A DNA stretch of 64,000 bases. Source: Ignavibacteriota bacterium. GTDB taxonomy: Bacteria; Bacteroidota; Ignavibacteria; UBA10030. Every line of letters begins with the position of its first letter. Position 1 is the stretch's first letter. The DNA lies in contig PMZI01000023.1 of NCBI GenBank assembly GCA_003170475.1, positions 20,587 to 84,586 of the forward strand, given 5' to 3'. Shown here piece by piece: positions 29,621-39,521 of the stretch. The translations under genes were made by a program, and so were the position numbers. The notes under the pieces are model-generated. The model was given only the letters and a program-made list of their open reading frames with translations, did not search any database and was not told where the DNA came from.

Positions 29621-30841
29621 CTACTTCTGCAATTCGCGCGCAAGAACGTTCAGAAACGCCCCCACATCCGTAACGACGCCGATGGTCTGCTGCGAGCCGC
29701 GGTCTGACAGTTTCGTCACGACCGCCGGATTGATATCAACACACACCATGCGAACCCATGATGGCAGCATGTTTCCGACACCAATCGAATGCAGCATCGA
29801 TGAGAGACAGATGACCATGCTCGCATTCGTGAGCTGCTCGCCATAAGCAGCCTGTGCCTTGATCAGATCCATCATCGTATCCGGCAATGGGCCATCATCT
29901 CTGATTGAACCGGCGAGGATGAACGGCACGTCATGCCGAATGCACTCATACATCACTCCCGATTTCAGGAGGCCGGATTCGACAGCCTTTCGGATGGATC
30001 CCTTTCGATTGATGGCATTGATAGCGCGCATGTGGTTCTTGTGGCCCTCCTCGATCGGGACGCCGCGTTCCATATCGACGCCGAGGGATGTACCGTACAA
30101 TGCGTGCTCAACGTCATGAACGGCAAGAGCGTTGCCAGACAGAAGCGCATCCACATATCCACCGTGAATCAGGTCACAAAATGCCCCGACGCCGCCGGTG
30201 TGCACAACGACCGGCCCGGCCACGAACACAATACGTCCTCCGGTGGACTTTATCTTGCGCATAAGCTCCGCAATTTTTTGAACGGCCGTTTCTGTGCGCC
30301 GTTCGGAGGAGATATCGTTTGCCATGAAGGCAAAGCCCAGGCGGTCGCGTTCCTTGAACTCCGGCTGTATGCGAACACCTTGCATCCCGCAGACGATTTG
30401 GTCGCCACGCCGGACATCGCGCAACTTGCGGCACTCTGCCCGCCCACCTGCAACCACAACCACGGCATCCATGCGCTGGCGAGCGACCTCAAGCCAGGTA
30501 CCTCCGGAACGTACGAATGTTCGGTGGTTCGTCGTAGAATAGAAATCGTCCGGCACCACACAGTCAGCCTCGGCGGGACGGAGCAACGCATCAGCTACTG
30601 CCTTCTGATAACAGCCCAGTTCGATGAGTTCCTCCAACGTCCTGGCGAGGATCTTCGGGTTTTGAGCTGTCACCCGAAGCTGCAAATGAGAGAAATCCTG
30701 GTTGGTGCGCCCGAGGTCAAACGTGACGACCTCGAATTCCGCGCCACACTCGATCACGCGATCGAAGATTTTCGAAAGAATCTGCGAGTCAACGAGATGG
30801 CCTTCTGCTTCAACGATTTCCGAGTACATTGCTCTTCCCAT
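29621..30841 (-). CDS. TIGR00300-type protein (LOR/SDH N-domain plus deoxyhypusine-synthase-like fold); possible ornithine cyclodeaminase-type enzyme
   Basis: 406 aa. N-terminus MYSEIVEAEGHLVDSQILSKIFDRV... and overall length match the family as I recall it. The functional call is an inference. Confidence 0.6.
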   Translation of the reverse strand: MGRAMYSEIVEAEGHLVDSQILSKIFDRVIECGAEFEVVTFDLGRTNQDFSHLQLRVTAQNPKILARTLEELIELGCYQKAVADALLRPAEADCVVPDDFYSTTNHRTFVRSGGTWLEVARQRMDAVVVVAGGRAECRKLRDVRRGDQIVCGMQGVRIQPEFKERDRLGFAFMANDISSERRTETAVQKIAELMRKIKSTGGRIVFVAGPVVVHTGGVGAFCDLIHGGYVDALLSGNALAVHDVEHALYGTSLGVDMERGVPIEEGHKNHMRAINAINRKGSIRKAVESGLLKSGVMYECIRHDVPFILAGSIRDDGPLPDTMMDLIKAQAAYGEQLTNASMVICLSSMLHSIGVGNMLPSWVRMVCVDINPAVVTKLSDRGSQQTIGVVTDVGAFLNVLARELQK

Positions 30842-30981
30842 GGTTTGTTGTGTTCACAAAGAGTCCTTTGATATAGGTAATGTAGCAGATTCCAGGGGAA
30901 AACAAAATCACCCATCCCGCGGGCTCCAGCCGTGGCTTTTCGCTTTTGCCGTGGCCACGTTTTTCGTACCATCATAGTATC

Positions 30982-32496
30982 ATGAAACCGATTCTGCTTT
31001 CCGTTTTGCTCTTTTCTTTCAACGCCGTCGTCACCGCCCAGGACTCCTCTTTTGTTCAGAGAGATGGTGCCCATCTCACGTCGGCAGGAAAACCATTTTA
31101 TGCTGTTGGGGCAAATTGCTACTACCTGCATGATCTTGCCGTTCAAGGTGACACCGTGCACATTACGGAAGTTCTGAGGAATGCGCGAGAACTCGGGTTT
31201 ACCGCAATCCGAACGTGGGGGTTTTACGATGGCACGGACTCGTCAAATTCCGCCGTCATCCAATTTGCACCGGGGCGGTACAATGAGCGGGCGTTGCGTT
31301 CACTCGACTTTGTTGTCGCGAAAGCAAGAGAGTTTTCGCTTCGTCTTATCATCACGCTGGTGGACAACTGGGATTACTACGGCGGAATGAATCAGTACGT
31401 CCGGTGGCTTGGCGGCAGCTCGTTGACGAAAGGACTGTTGCAAACGGAGAGAACGTTTTCATCCCCGATGGTCACAAGTGTGGGAGGACGGTCGTATGCC
31501 ATGCAGCCCACCGTAGCGTACACGCACGACGATTTCTATCGAAATGCGACAATCAAGCAGTGGTACAAAAATTACGTTTCGATGATTCTCAATCGCTTCA
31601 ACGTCTTTACGGGCAAAACCTACAAGAACGAACCAACGATCATGCTCTGGGAGCTTGCTAACGAACCACGGTCCTCAGACCCATCCGGAAATCTCGTCAA
31701 CGGATGGATACAGGAGATGGCCACATTTGTTAAACAAATCGACAAGGTGCATTGTGTTGGGACGGGAGAGGAAGGCCACGACATCCAGGGTATGCCGTAC
31801 GCGCCCGCTCTTCTCGCGGCTCAACAGTGGATATTCAACGGAAGTGCCGGCATTTCGTTTCTGAAAGATATTCAACTGGATGTCGTCGATGTAGCGAGCA
31901 TTCATTTCTATCCTGAAGATTGGGGGTTTGCGCCCGGCGCTGTTTCTGATTGGATCCAGGACCACCAGCGATTGGCGCTCGGGCAGCAGAAACCACTTCT
32001 CATCGGGGAGGTGGGGATTCGGAAACAACGCACCCCATTCTTTGACGCCGTTGCCAGCACGGCATTCTCCGAAAACGTAGCAGGTCTTCTCTTCTGGCAG
32101 CTCGCGTACCCGGGTCAAACGAATCTTGACGGTTATCAGTTCTCTTGCCCTTCAAGCGATCCGGTTTGCGGTCTGCTTTCCCGCACAAGCTCCCTTTTCG
32201 CGCAGCGGCGGTCGTCAAGCTATACACCTCCAACCTCCGTCCGATTCTTTGCGAGTTATCCGAACCCATTTAACTACATTACGGCACTGTCGTTTGATAT
32301 TCCCTCCTCCGAATTCGTCAGGCTGGAGGTCTTCGACTTGCTTGGGAGGAGGCTTGCGTCGCTCGTCGACGAAGCCCTGCCAGCCGGAACGCACGCTGTG
32401 CTCTTCAATGCATCAACGGCATCCAGCGGAGTGTTCATCGCTCGACTGCGTGTAGGGAACAACGTTTTCTTTCAGAAGCTGGTCCTCGTGAAATGA
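30982..32496 (+). CDS. GH5 glycoside hydrolase (mannanase/cellulase-like) with T9SS C-terminal domain
   Basis: ORF 30946..32496; ATG at 30982 (MKPILLSVLL signal). Acid/base motif WELANEPR, candidate nucleophile LLIGEVG, CTD at 32245..32493 (YPNPFNY). Confidence 0.8.
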   Translation: MKPILLSVLLFSFNAVVTAQDSSFVQRDGAHLTSAGKPFYAVGANCYYLHDLAVQGDTVHITEVLRNARELGFTAIRTWGFYDGTDSSNSAVIQFAPGRYNERALRSLDFVVAKAREFSLRLIITLVDNWDYYGGMNQYVRWLGGSSLTKGLLQTERTFSSPMVTSVGGRSYAMQPTVAYTHDDFYRNATIKQWYKNYVSMILNRFNVFTGKTYKNEPTIMLWELANEPRSSDPSGNLVNGWIQEMATFVKQIDKVHCVGTGEEGHDIQGMPYAPALLAAQQWIFNGSAGISFLKDIQLDVVDVASIHFYPEDWGFAPGAVSDWIQDHQRLALGQQKPLLIGEVGIRKQRTPFFDAVASTAFSENVAGLLFWQLAYPGQTNLDGYQFSCPSSDPVCGLLSRTSSLFAQRRSSSYTPPTSVRFFASYPNPFNYITALSFDIPSSEFVRLEVFDLLGRRLASLVDEALPAGTHAVLFNASTASSGVFIARLRVGNNVFFQKLVLVK

Positions 32497-32657
32497 TCTT
32501 TTTCCGCAACGGCTGTACTGCACCCGGCTCCTGACAGCACCAGAAATCGGACCGAGATGTTTGGTTCTTCCCCAACCCTTGGGTTTCCAGTTCTTTTTGC
32601 CTACATTTTCCATCGCCCCGTGGAACCAGACCATGAGGGTTTTACGTTAGACCACGT

Positions 32658-33368
32658 ATGGAATCGAAGCGCTTCGCCATTATATCTGATATTCACGGGA
32701 ATCTCGAGGCTTTGAGCCGGGCGCTCGAGGTCATTGACGAGGAACGTGTTGACGAAATTGTATGCCTTGGTGACACCGTAGGATACGGAGCAAATCCCAT
32801 CGAATGTCTTACGCTCGTTCGATCCCGCTGTTCTATCATCCTACTTGGCAATCACGACGCCGCTTCGATTGATCTTGCCGTGGCAAACCAGTTTACGCTG
32901 AATGCTCAATTGTCGGCGATCTGGACTTTTGGCGCGCTTGATGAAGAGAGCAAGGCATTTCTCCGCGGCTTGAAGCCTACCCACCCTCTGGGTGAGGTGC
33001 TCTTTTCGCACGGTTCACCGTACGAGCCGGATGAGTGGCATTATGTCATCAGCGAGTTTGACATGCGCGAAGCATTCCGTGCATTTACTGAAAGAATTTG
33101 TTTTGTCGGACATTCGCACATTCCCGTCATCTTCTCGGAGGATGGCGAGACCGATGATATTGCCCACCAGGGACGGTTTATCGTGAATGTAGGAAGCGTC
33201 GGTCAGCCGCGCGACGGAAACCCGGATCTCAGTTTTGGAATATTTGATAGAGAGCAGTGGAGTTATCGAAATGTGCGCGCCGAATACGATTTCAAAACGA
33301 CGGCAAAAAAAATCCGGGAGACTGGATTACCCCGGGCCCTCGCTGATCGACTGACAGTCGGGATGTAA
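32658..33368 (+). CDS. metallophosphoesterase (YfcE/MJ0936-like)
   Basis: ISDIHGN, GDTVGYG, GNHD and GHSH motifs. Confidence 0.8.
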   Translation: MESKRFAIISDIHGNLEALSRALEVIDEERVDEIVCLGDTVGYGANPIECLTLVRSRCSIILLGNHDAASIDLAVANQFTLNAQLSAIWTFGALDEESKAFLRGLKPTHPLGEVLFSHGSPYEPDEWHYVISEFDMREAFRAFTERICFVGHSHIPVIFSEDGETDDIAHQGRFIVNVGSVGQPRDGNPDLSFGIFDREQWSYRNVRAEYDFKTTAKKIRETGLPRALADRLTVGM

Positions 33369-33378
33369 GAGAGAAGCG

Positions 33379-34233
33379 CTAGAATTGCTGGGGAAGATTT
33401 GTCGAAGGAGTCAGAAGCGCCAGAAGTTGTTGTTTTCCCACCGTCGAAACCGCCACACACACCAAGCCATCCTTTTTCCAGACAACGACATTGCAGTTCG
33501 GATGAAGCGGGTCGGTATACCAGCCTGATCGTGCGAGTGCGGCCTTGGCCGCCGGCGGGAGAGAGAGCCGGGGTCCGTTCAGGGCGTCGCTGCTATTCAT
33601 TTCGCAGACGTACACCCATTCCTCGCCGAGTTTGTACACCAGGTGTGCTTGTTTCACCCCCCTGTTGTCAGAAGCGGATCCGCCGTACCAGTTGTATCCT
33701 CGGATCTTTGGAATTTGAACTCCAAATTGCAGAAAGCTCTTCTGAAAAAACCCACCCACACTCTCAGGTACTGACGAGACCGTTGCCGGAACAAACTGGC
33801 CTGTTTTCAACAGTGCAAAAGTTTCAAACGATTGACGGATGATATCATTTTCTGCGGTATGCGCCGACAGAAGCGATGACCGATCACTCGGAATGCCGAC
33901 CATGAGGAAGAATGCGGCAGCAACCGCTCCACCGGTCAATGCCGGAACGAGGACGCGCAATCGGGTTGCCCTTGCGAACCAGGAATTGTTCCTTGAGCCG
34001 TCAGATTTATATTCTTGATGCAGGGAAGCGACAACGAAGGTCTGTATACTCGGAGGGGTGGAAATCCACGAAACATGTCGCTGGACCAACTTCTTTGACA
34101 GCTGCTCCAGCATAACGTCATCGCGGCACGGTCTGCACCGTTCGAGGTGAGACCGGAACTCATACTCTGCGTCTTTCGCCAGAACTCCATCAATCGCACC
34201 GCCAGCATGCTGCCGGACGCCGTCACAATCCAC
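33379..34233 (-). CDS. anti-sigma factor (zf-HC2) with one TM and an uncharacterised extracytoplasmic domain
   Basis: GTG start. HLERCRPC zinc-finger motif, central hydrophobic span LVPALTGGAVAAAFFLMVGI. Immediately downstream of the ECF sigma gene. Confidence 0.65.
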   Translation of the reverse strand: MDCDGVRQHAGGAIDGVLAKDAEYEFRSHLERCRPCRDDVMLEQLSKKLVQRHVSWISTPPSIQTFVVASLHQEYKSDGSRNNSWFARATRLRVLVPALTGGAVAAAFFLMVGIPSDRSSLLSAHTAENDIIRQSFETFALLKTGQFVPATVSSVPESVGGFFQKSFLQFGVQIPKIRGYNWYGGSASDNRGVKQAHLVYKLGEEWVYVCEMNSSDALNGPRLSLPPAAKAALARSGWYTDPLHPNCNVVVWKKDGLVCVAVSTVGKQQLLALLTPSTNLPQQF

Positions 34234-34279
34234 AGGAGCACCTCAAGAAACCGGATAACAATGCGTTCTGTTATCCTTT

Positions 34280-34873
34280 CTAATCGCCCTTGATAATCCC
34301 CTGCTGCCTGGCATATTCGTACAATTTGTCCTGCAGCAGCTTCCGTCCCCGGTGTAGTCGTGATCGGACGGTTCCAATAGGGCACTCGATAAATTCCGCG
34401 ATCTCCTCGTACGTCAACCCTTCAATATCACACAAAATCACAACAGTTCGAAAATCGTCTGGAAGGCTTTGCAGTGCTTTCGTTACTTCGTCACCAAGCA
34501 GATTTCCGTACAGTTGCTGCTGAAGATCGTTGGGGTCCGTCGACTGAGCGCGGATCGAATTATAAAAGTTCTCGATGTCATCGTAATCAACCTTATCCGG
34601 TTCTTTTGTTTCCTTCCGATACCGGTTGATATACGAATTCTTCATAATCCTGAACAACCACGCACGAATATTCGTTCCCTTTTCATACTTATCCCAGAAG
34701 CGATACGCTTTGAGATACGTTTCCTGTAAAAGGTCCCGCGCATCGTTTTCATTCCCCGCAGTACGCAACGCGAAGTTGTACAGCACATCCATGTGAGGCA
34801 ACGCTTCTGCCTCAAACTCGGCATGCTTCTTCTTCGTTCCGCGAGAAACGCTTGGTTGATTCAGAGAAGCCAT
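34280..34873 (-). CDS. ECF-type RNA polymerase sigma factor
   Basis: 197 aa. Region 2 (DLLQETYLKAYRFWDKY) and region 4 HTH (LTYEEIAEFIECPIGTVRSRLHRGR). Confidence 0.85.
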   Translation of the reverse strand: MASLNQPSVSRGTKKKHAEFEAEALPHMDVLYNFALRTAGNENDARDLLQETYLKAYRFWDKYEKGTNIRAWLFRIMKNSYINRYRKETKEPDKVDYDDIENFYNSIRAQSTDPNDLQQQLYGNLLGDEVTKALQSLPDDFRTVVILCDIEGLTYEEIAEFIECPIGTVRSRLHRGRKLLQDKLYEYARQQGIIKGD

Positions 34874-35103
34874 CGATCGTCTTTACTCTTCTCCCTGCTG
34901 GAACCGTCTCCGCCTGTCACGCCTGAAGAGAGGGGCGACCTGCTGTTGAACCACGAAAGCTTCGTCGGGGGTTCTCCTCTGAAGACTTCCGGCAGGCAGC
35001 CCCCTCCGTGCCATCGGATGGAGATGCGGTCTGTGGATGTATCTACTTCAAATTAGCGAAAACTCTTTCCGCGCGCAAGGCGTAGACCATCTTGCCCTGA
35101 TGC

Positions 35104-36378
35104 TCACTTCTTCCTTAGGAGCGAATTTACTCTTTCCATCGGTATCTGTTGATCGAGCTTGACTTCGGCGCCAACAACAACGGCCCCGCGCACATCAACA
35201 TCCTGAAACGCGCCGAATGTGCGAAGATCGCCGATATCGACAACTTTCGCCACCTGTTTTGCCTGTCTTGTCTTCGGATTAAACTCCTCATCAATATTGA
35301 TCCCAATATCGACAGTCGTGGAAGGAACCGTATCGTTTGCCTTCAATTGTGCGTTCCGCAAGATGATATCATAGAGATATTTCGTGTTGAACGGAAGTTG
35401 TTCATACACCTTCACATCAGCGTGTTCACACCGATCTGCTGCGATACCATACAGGGTCGTCAGCAGCGCCACGCAATTGAGTTTCCGAACAAACATCTTC
35501 TCACGATCGCCCGGCCACCCGCCGGATTCAATCAAAACCGTGCTTGTTCCCCATTTTTGAATGTTATCGCCAAACGCTCGTTGCTCAAAGGCATCGTCAT
35601 ACTTGGAAACATTGTTCGGGATGAACTCCTGCAGTACTGCCGCGAGCGACGCGGCCACCTTCTTGGCGGGCAGACGGACGCTGTTGTCCGAGCGCGTTTC
35701 GTCGAATGCCGGAGCAAGGAGCGCGATCGTGCTCACATTTCGCGTTTCGCCGACTGAATATCGCGGATCCTGGTCGTGCAGATTGAATCCAAATTGCGGT
35801 CGGTAGGTATCGCGGGTCTCTTTCAGAATTCGGGCTTCCGGAGTTCTCAGCGCGAGTGCGTCACGGTTCATGTCGATCGATTGTGCTGTGCGCCGCTGGA
35901 ATCGCTCCGCGCCATCCGGATTCAGCATCGGGATGATCAGGAGGTTGAGTTTGTCCAGAATCGACCGCGTGACAAGATGTCCGGGCTCCTGCGAAAAGAA
36001 CTTCAGCATATCCAGAAGCGCCATCGTCGCTGTCGATTCGTCGCCATGCATTTGCGACCACAGAAGAACGGTGGTTTTTCCCGTTCCCAACTTCAACATG
36101 GAAATGGTTCGCCCTTCGGCTGATCGGCCAACCGGCGTCATGACGAAAACCTTTTGGTCACGCAGCGGGTCCAGCCATTTGATCATCTCCGCTTGTGAAA
36201 ACCGCCGTGAGGTAACGGGGGACATTTTGAAGTTCTCATACTTGTCAAAAAGTTCCCTGGCAAGTGCTGAATTTGTCTGCGCAGAGGCGGTCGAAAGGAC
36301 GGTACTCATACCGACGATCCAATAAAGTGATTTCAATATGATGATCTTGATGGGGGCGTGGCTGAGGGGTGCTCTCAA
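35104..36378 (-). CDS. M14-family zinc carboxypeptidase
   Basis: The TTG start gives a signal peptide ending ASAQT. Zn motif QMHGDEST and a later FNLHDQ. Confidence 0.8.
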   Translation of the reverse strand: MRAPLSHAPIKIIILKSLYWIVGMSTVLSTASAQTNSALARELFDKYENFKMSPVTSRRFSQAEMIKWLDPLRDQKVFVMTPVGRSAEGRTISMLKLGTGKTTVLLWSQMHGDESTATMALLDMLKFFSQEPGHLVTRSILDKLNLLIIPMLNPDGAERFQRRTAQSIDMNRDALALRTPEARILKETRDTYRPQFGFNLHDQDPRYSVGETRNVSTIALLAPAFDETRSDNSVRLPAKKVAASLAAVLQEFIPNNVSKYDDAFEQRAFGDNIQKWGTSTVLIESGGWPGDREKMFVRKLNCVALLTTLYGIAADRCEHADVKVYEQLPFNTKYLYDIILRNAQLKANDTVPSTTVDIGINIDEEFNPKTRQAKQVAKVVDIGDLRTFGAFQDVDVRGAVVVGAEVKLDQQIPMERVNSLLRKK

Positions 36379-36512
36379 AGACTTTTGATCCCCGGTGCTG
36401 CCACAAGCGTAAGATAGTGGGAAATTCGTTAAAGCGCATCAGAAACGATACTTTTTCACCGCTGTTGATAGAAGCGGTAACTTTTGCGTGAAATTGTAGA
36501 TAGGAGTCGGGA

Positions 36513-36542
36513 CAAAAAAAGGTCGGATGTGTCATCCGACCT
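36513..36542 (-). terminator. rho-independent terminator of the outer-membrane protein gene
   Basis: On the minus strand: AGGTCGGAT-gacac-ATCCGACCT followed by TTTTTTT. Confidence 0.75.
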
Positions 36543-36571
36543 TCTCACAACGACAGATAATGCAGTGTTTC

Positions 36572-38266
36572 CTAGAACGGGCGGGCGACACGGAGTATCA
36601 GGCGTGCGGGCTCGCTCCGATCGGTTCTCCACGCGAAGGCGATCCGAAACGAACCGCTACGCGTTCCAAGCCCGACACCGACATCATGCTGAAAATCCGA
36701 GAAGTGTATCCTATCGAATCCTTCCGTCCATCGCGCGGCCGTCGGCATCGTGCGAACGAGTCCGGCATCTGAGAATACGACAAAATTGAACTCACGAAAT
36801 AGCCAACTCGGCCAGAATTCGAGATCCCCAAAGATGTCGCCGTTGAAAACGAACTCAGCATTCATCAGGAGCATTCTGTTTCCCGTCTCCCCCTTGAACG
36901 GAAATGCCGGTACGGTCCCAAGCCCGCCCATATCGAAGGCTTTCTGAATCGGAAGCGCCCCCTCCGAACTGCCAACCCTCAGACGAACATTCAGATTTTC
37001 ATATCGTCCCAACGGCTGATAGCGTCGCAGATCTCCCACATACCTGTTGAACTCAAAGTCACTCTTCATACTTTTTTCAGCAACTTCCGCCGTGCCAACG
37101 ATGCTCCACCCTTCCGGACCGTAGATCGTCGTCGTCACCGTGCTCAGCCCAGCCGACCCAACGACACTTCTCATCATGCCTTCATTGATCAGAGGGTTCA
37201 ATCGGAAAACTTTGTTGCCGCCAAAAAGCGACCATTCAGTTTGATTTGTCATCGAGGTGTATTCATCCGACAAATATCCCACTTTCACCTGTCCCGTGAG
37301 GTAGTCCTGCTGTACCGCATAACCCGCATTCACGCCAAATCCATTGCGCTGAAAGTAGTCGCGGAAATCCTCGTGAATAAAAAATGCCGCAGCTGTGTTC
37401 TCGCCCAGTCCAATCATCCAGTCGTCTTTCGAGTCGGTCAGGCTGTGTCCTTCGACTTCAAGCTCAAATAGCTGCCCATCGTCGAACGCGAATTGTCTGC
37501 TCAATCCCAGGTTGCCGCGCCAGGTGTGCGACTTGAATCCATAACCAACAGATCCATACAAGCTGTACAGTTTCTGACCTTCCCAATAGTACCGCTTCTC
37601 GGATCCTGCTCCAAGAAAGAGGCCTTCCACACGATTGTAGCGGAAAACGAAATTGTCCAGGTTGGTTGTTTCGGGAACCCAGTTTGCGTTCAGCCGGGTC
37701 GACGCTCTGCGAAAATCCTTCGCTTCCTCACGATACGCTTTCTCTTTGTGTGAGCTGGTCTTGTCGATATAACCAACGACAACAGCATCGTCGTCTTTCG
37801 TTACTTCACCGTTGATGATCTTGACATTCCCCCCGATGTAGGCATTGCCTTTGATTTTCAGATCACCACCCACAACCAGAACGTCCCCATTAATGCGACC
37901 GTAGATCGTCAGCGTTCCCGCTTTGACAATGACATTCGAATTGATGGTGTCGGATTTCTCGATGACCGTGTTGCCTTCGTAGGTGACACTGGTGTCTTCG
38001 TCAACAATGATGTTTGGTTCGTCGGTCGGAAGGTGTCCGGTACGCAGGAGCGACCGCGTAGTCTTTTTGGAATTGTCCTCGGACCGATCGGAGAACGATC
38101 TCTCGATCGAATTGACCACATCCTCGACGATGGACCCGATACGTTGGCCAACCGTTTCACGATTCTCTGTCGGCGGAGTGTCGTTCTTTTTCGATTGAGC
38201 GGCTACGGCAGCCAGGAAGGACATGGCAACAAGCATCACCAGCAAAAGCCTGGGCATGAGTTTCAT
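36572..38266 (-). CDS. outer-membrane beta-barrel protein: bactofilin-like repeat segment plus Omp85/surface-antigen-like C-terminal barrel
   Basis: ORF 36572..38302; ATG at 38266 (MKLMPRLLLVMLVAMSFLAAVAA). Segment NVIVKAGTLTIYGRINGDVLVVGGDLKIKGNAYIGGNVKIINGEV. The C-terminus has alternating beta-strand patterns and ends in ...RVARPF. Confidence 0.55.
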   Translation of the reverse strand: MKLMPRLLLVMLVAMSFLAAVAAQSKKNDTPPTENRETVGQRIGSIVEDVVNSIERSFSDRSEDNSKKTTRSLLRTGHLPTDEPNIIVDEDTSVTYEGNTVIEKSDTINSNVIVKAGTLTIYGRINGDVLVVGGDLKIKGNAYIGGNVKIINGEVTKDDDAVVVGYIDKTSSHKEKAYREEAKDFRRASTRLNANWVPETTNLDNFVFRYNRVEGLFLGAGSEKRYYWEGQKLYSLYGSVGYGFKSHTWRGNLGLSRQFAFDDGQLFELEVEGHSLTDSKDDWMIGLGENTAAAFFIHEDFRDYFQRNGFGVNAGYAVQQDYLTGQVKVGYLSDEYTSMTNQTEWSLFGGNKVFRLNPLINEGMMRSVVGSAGLSTVTTTIYGPEGWSIVGTAEVAEKSMKSDFEFNRYVGDLRRYQPLGRYENLNVRLRVGSSEGALPIQKAFDMGGLGTVPAFPFKGETGNRMLLMNAEFVFNGDIFGDLEFWPSWLFREFNFVVFSDAGLVRTMPTAARWTEGFDRIHFSDFQHDVGVGLGTRSGSFRIAFAWRTDRSEPARLILRVARPF

Positions 38267-38464
38267 GGTATCACCTTGAAGAGGTATTGAGGTTAAATAC
38301 ACTCAAACCTACGCTGTTTTCAGAACAAAAGTTGCGGCTGTGGTGGCGCACCACGGCGGAATGTGTGTCCGCAAAAACTCATATTTGTTCGAATTTTGAG
38401 GGATTTCCAAAGAGTGCGAATTTTCATATATTAGTACCATTCTATCCATCGTTGTGAGGTTTGA

Positions 38465-39178
38465 ATGCGCCTGGCCATCAATATTGATCATATTGCCACC
38501 CTCAGAAATGCTCGCGGCGGATCGGAACCTGATCCCGCAGGGGCGGCCCGGATCTGCGAGGCTGCCGGCGCCAGCGGTATTGTTTGCCATCTTAGAGAAG
38601 ATCGGCGCCATATCCGCGATGCCGATGTGCACTCCCTCCGACAATCGATCAAAGGAAAGCTCGATCTCGAAATGGGGGCCACAGACGAAATTATACGGAT
38701 AGCACTCGAAATTGCTCCCGATTTCGTCACCCTCGTCCCCGAGCATCGCAGGGAATTGACAACAGAAGACGGATTGGACGTTCGGGCAAACAAACGCCAA
38801 CTTGAGGGAGCGATCAAGACTTTTCATCAACACAATATTCCTGTCAGTCTCTTCATCAATCCGATCCGCGAACAGATTGATCTCGCTCGTGAAATTGGGA
38901 GCGACATGATTGAAATCCACACTGGCGAATATGCTGACGCCCATGACCGGCACAAGCAGAATGAATTGCTCAAACAAATCCAGCTGGGTGCAACGCACGC
39001 CAAATCCCTGGGCCTTGGCGTTAATGCCGGACATGGCATCGATTACTCAAACGTCGCACCCATCGCCGCAATAACCGAGATCGACGAACTGAGCATTGGT
39101 TATGCTGTCATTGTTCGGTCGATATTTGTTGGTCTCGATCACGCAGTCCGCGAAATGCTCGCACTCGTAGCACGCTAA
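38465..39178 (+). CDS. pdxJ: pyridoxine 5'-phosphate synthase
   Basis: 237 aa. LAINIDHIATLRNARG, HLREDRRHI and NAGHG motifs. Confidence 0.93.
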   Translation: MRLAINIDHIATLRNARGGSEPDPAGAARICEAAGASGIVCHLREDRRHIRDADVHSLRQSIKGKLDLEMGATDEIIRIALEIAPDFVTLVPEHRRELTTEDGLDVRANKRQLEGAIKTFHQHNIPVSLFINPIREQIDLAREIGSDMIEIHTGEYADAHDRHKQNELLKQIQLGATHAKSLGLGVNAGHGIDYSNVAPIAAITEIDELSIGYAVIVRSIFVGLDHAVREMLALVAR

Positions 39179-39521
39179 TCCCATCACCGCTGACGGTTCG
39201 GTTTTATCTCACGCAAACCCGGAGTCGCCGACTCTTGTCGTGGAAGAATGTGTTCTATGAAATCTTTCACTTCTCGCGGAGAGCGGTCTTCTTCGCGCTT
39301 ACGTACATTGTTTGCGGCCGGCGTTCTTATTCCGGCTCCCCTTACATCATGAGCGCGTGATGGTTTTCGCTTTCTTCGTTCAGCCTCCCATCTGAAGACT
39401 TCCTTAAGTATCACCCAGGAGATTGCCGACACCGGGAGATATTCATCGCTTGTGTTTGTTCGCGACGCTTGCGTGCCGCAATGTGTGCTCGCGTTCGCTC
39501 GTCCAAGGAGTATTATAGATT

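Noticed and set aside
29933-30871. 312-aa ORF antisense to the TIGR00300 gene
   Set aside because: Shadow ORF opposite a well-formed family protein. The same reasoning applies to 62479-63243, 46783-47616, 11272-12108, 4775-5632, 7238-7861 and 25401-26673.
38309-39034. 241-aa ORF antisense to pdxJ
   Set aside because: It lies entirely inside the unmistakable pdxJ reading frame and has no recognisable motif. It is a typical shadow ORF.
39184-39432. 82-aa highly basic minus-strand ORF just after pdxJ
   Set aside because: It has no RBS, no recognisable domain and an Arg/Lys/Pro-rich low-complexity composition. I treat it as probably non-coding and fold it into the gene-poor-region finding.
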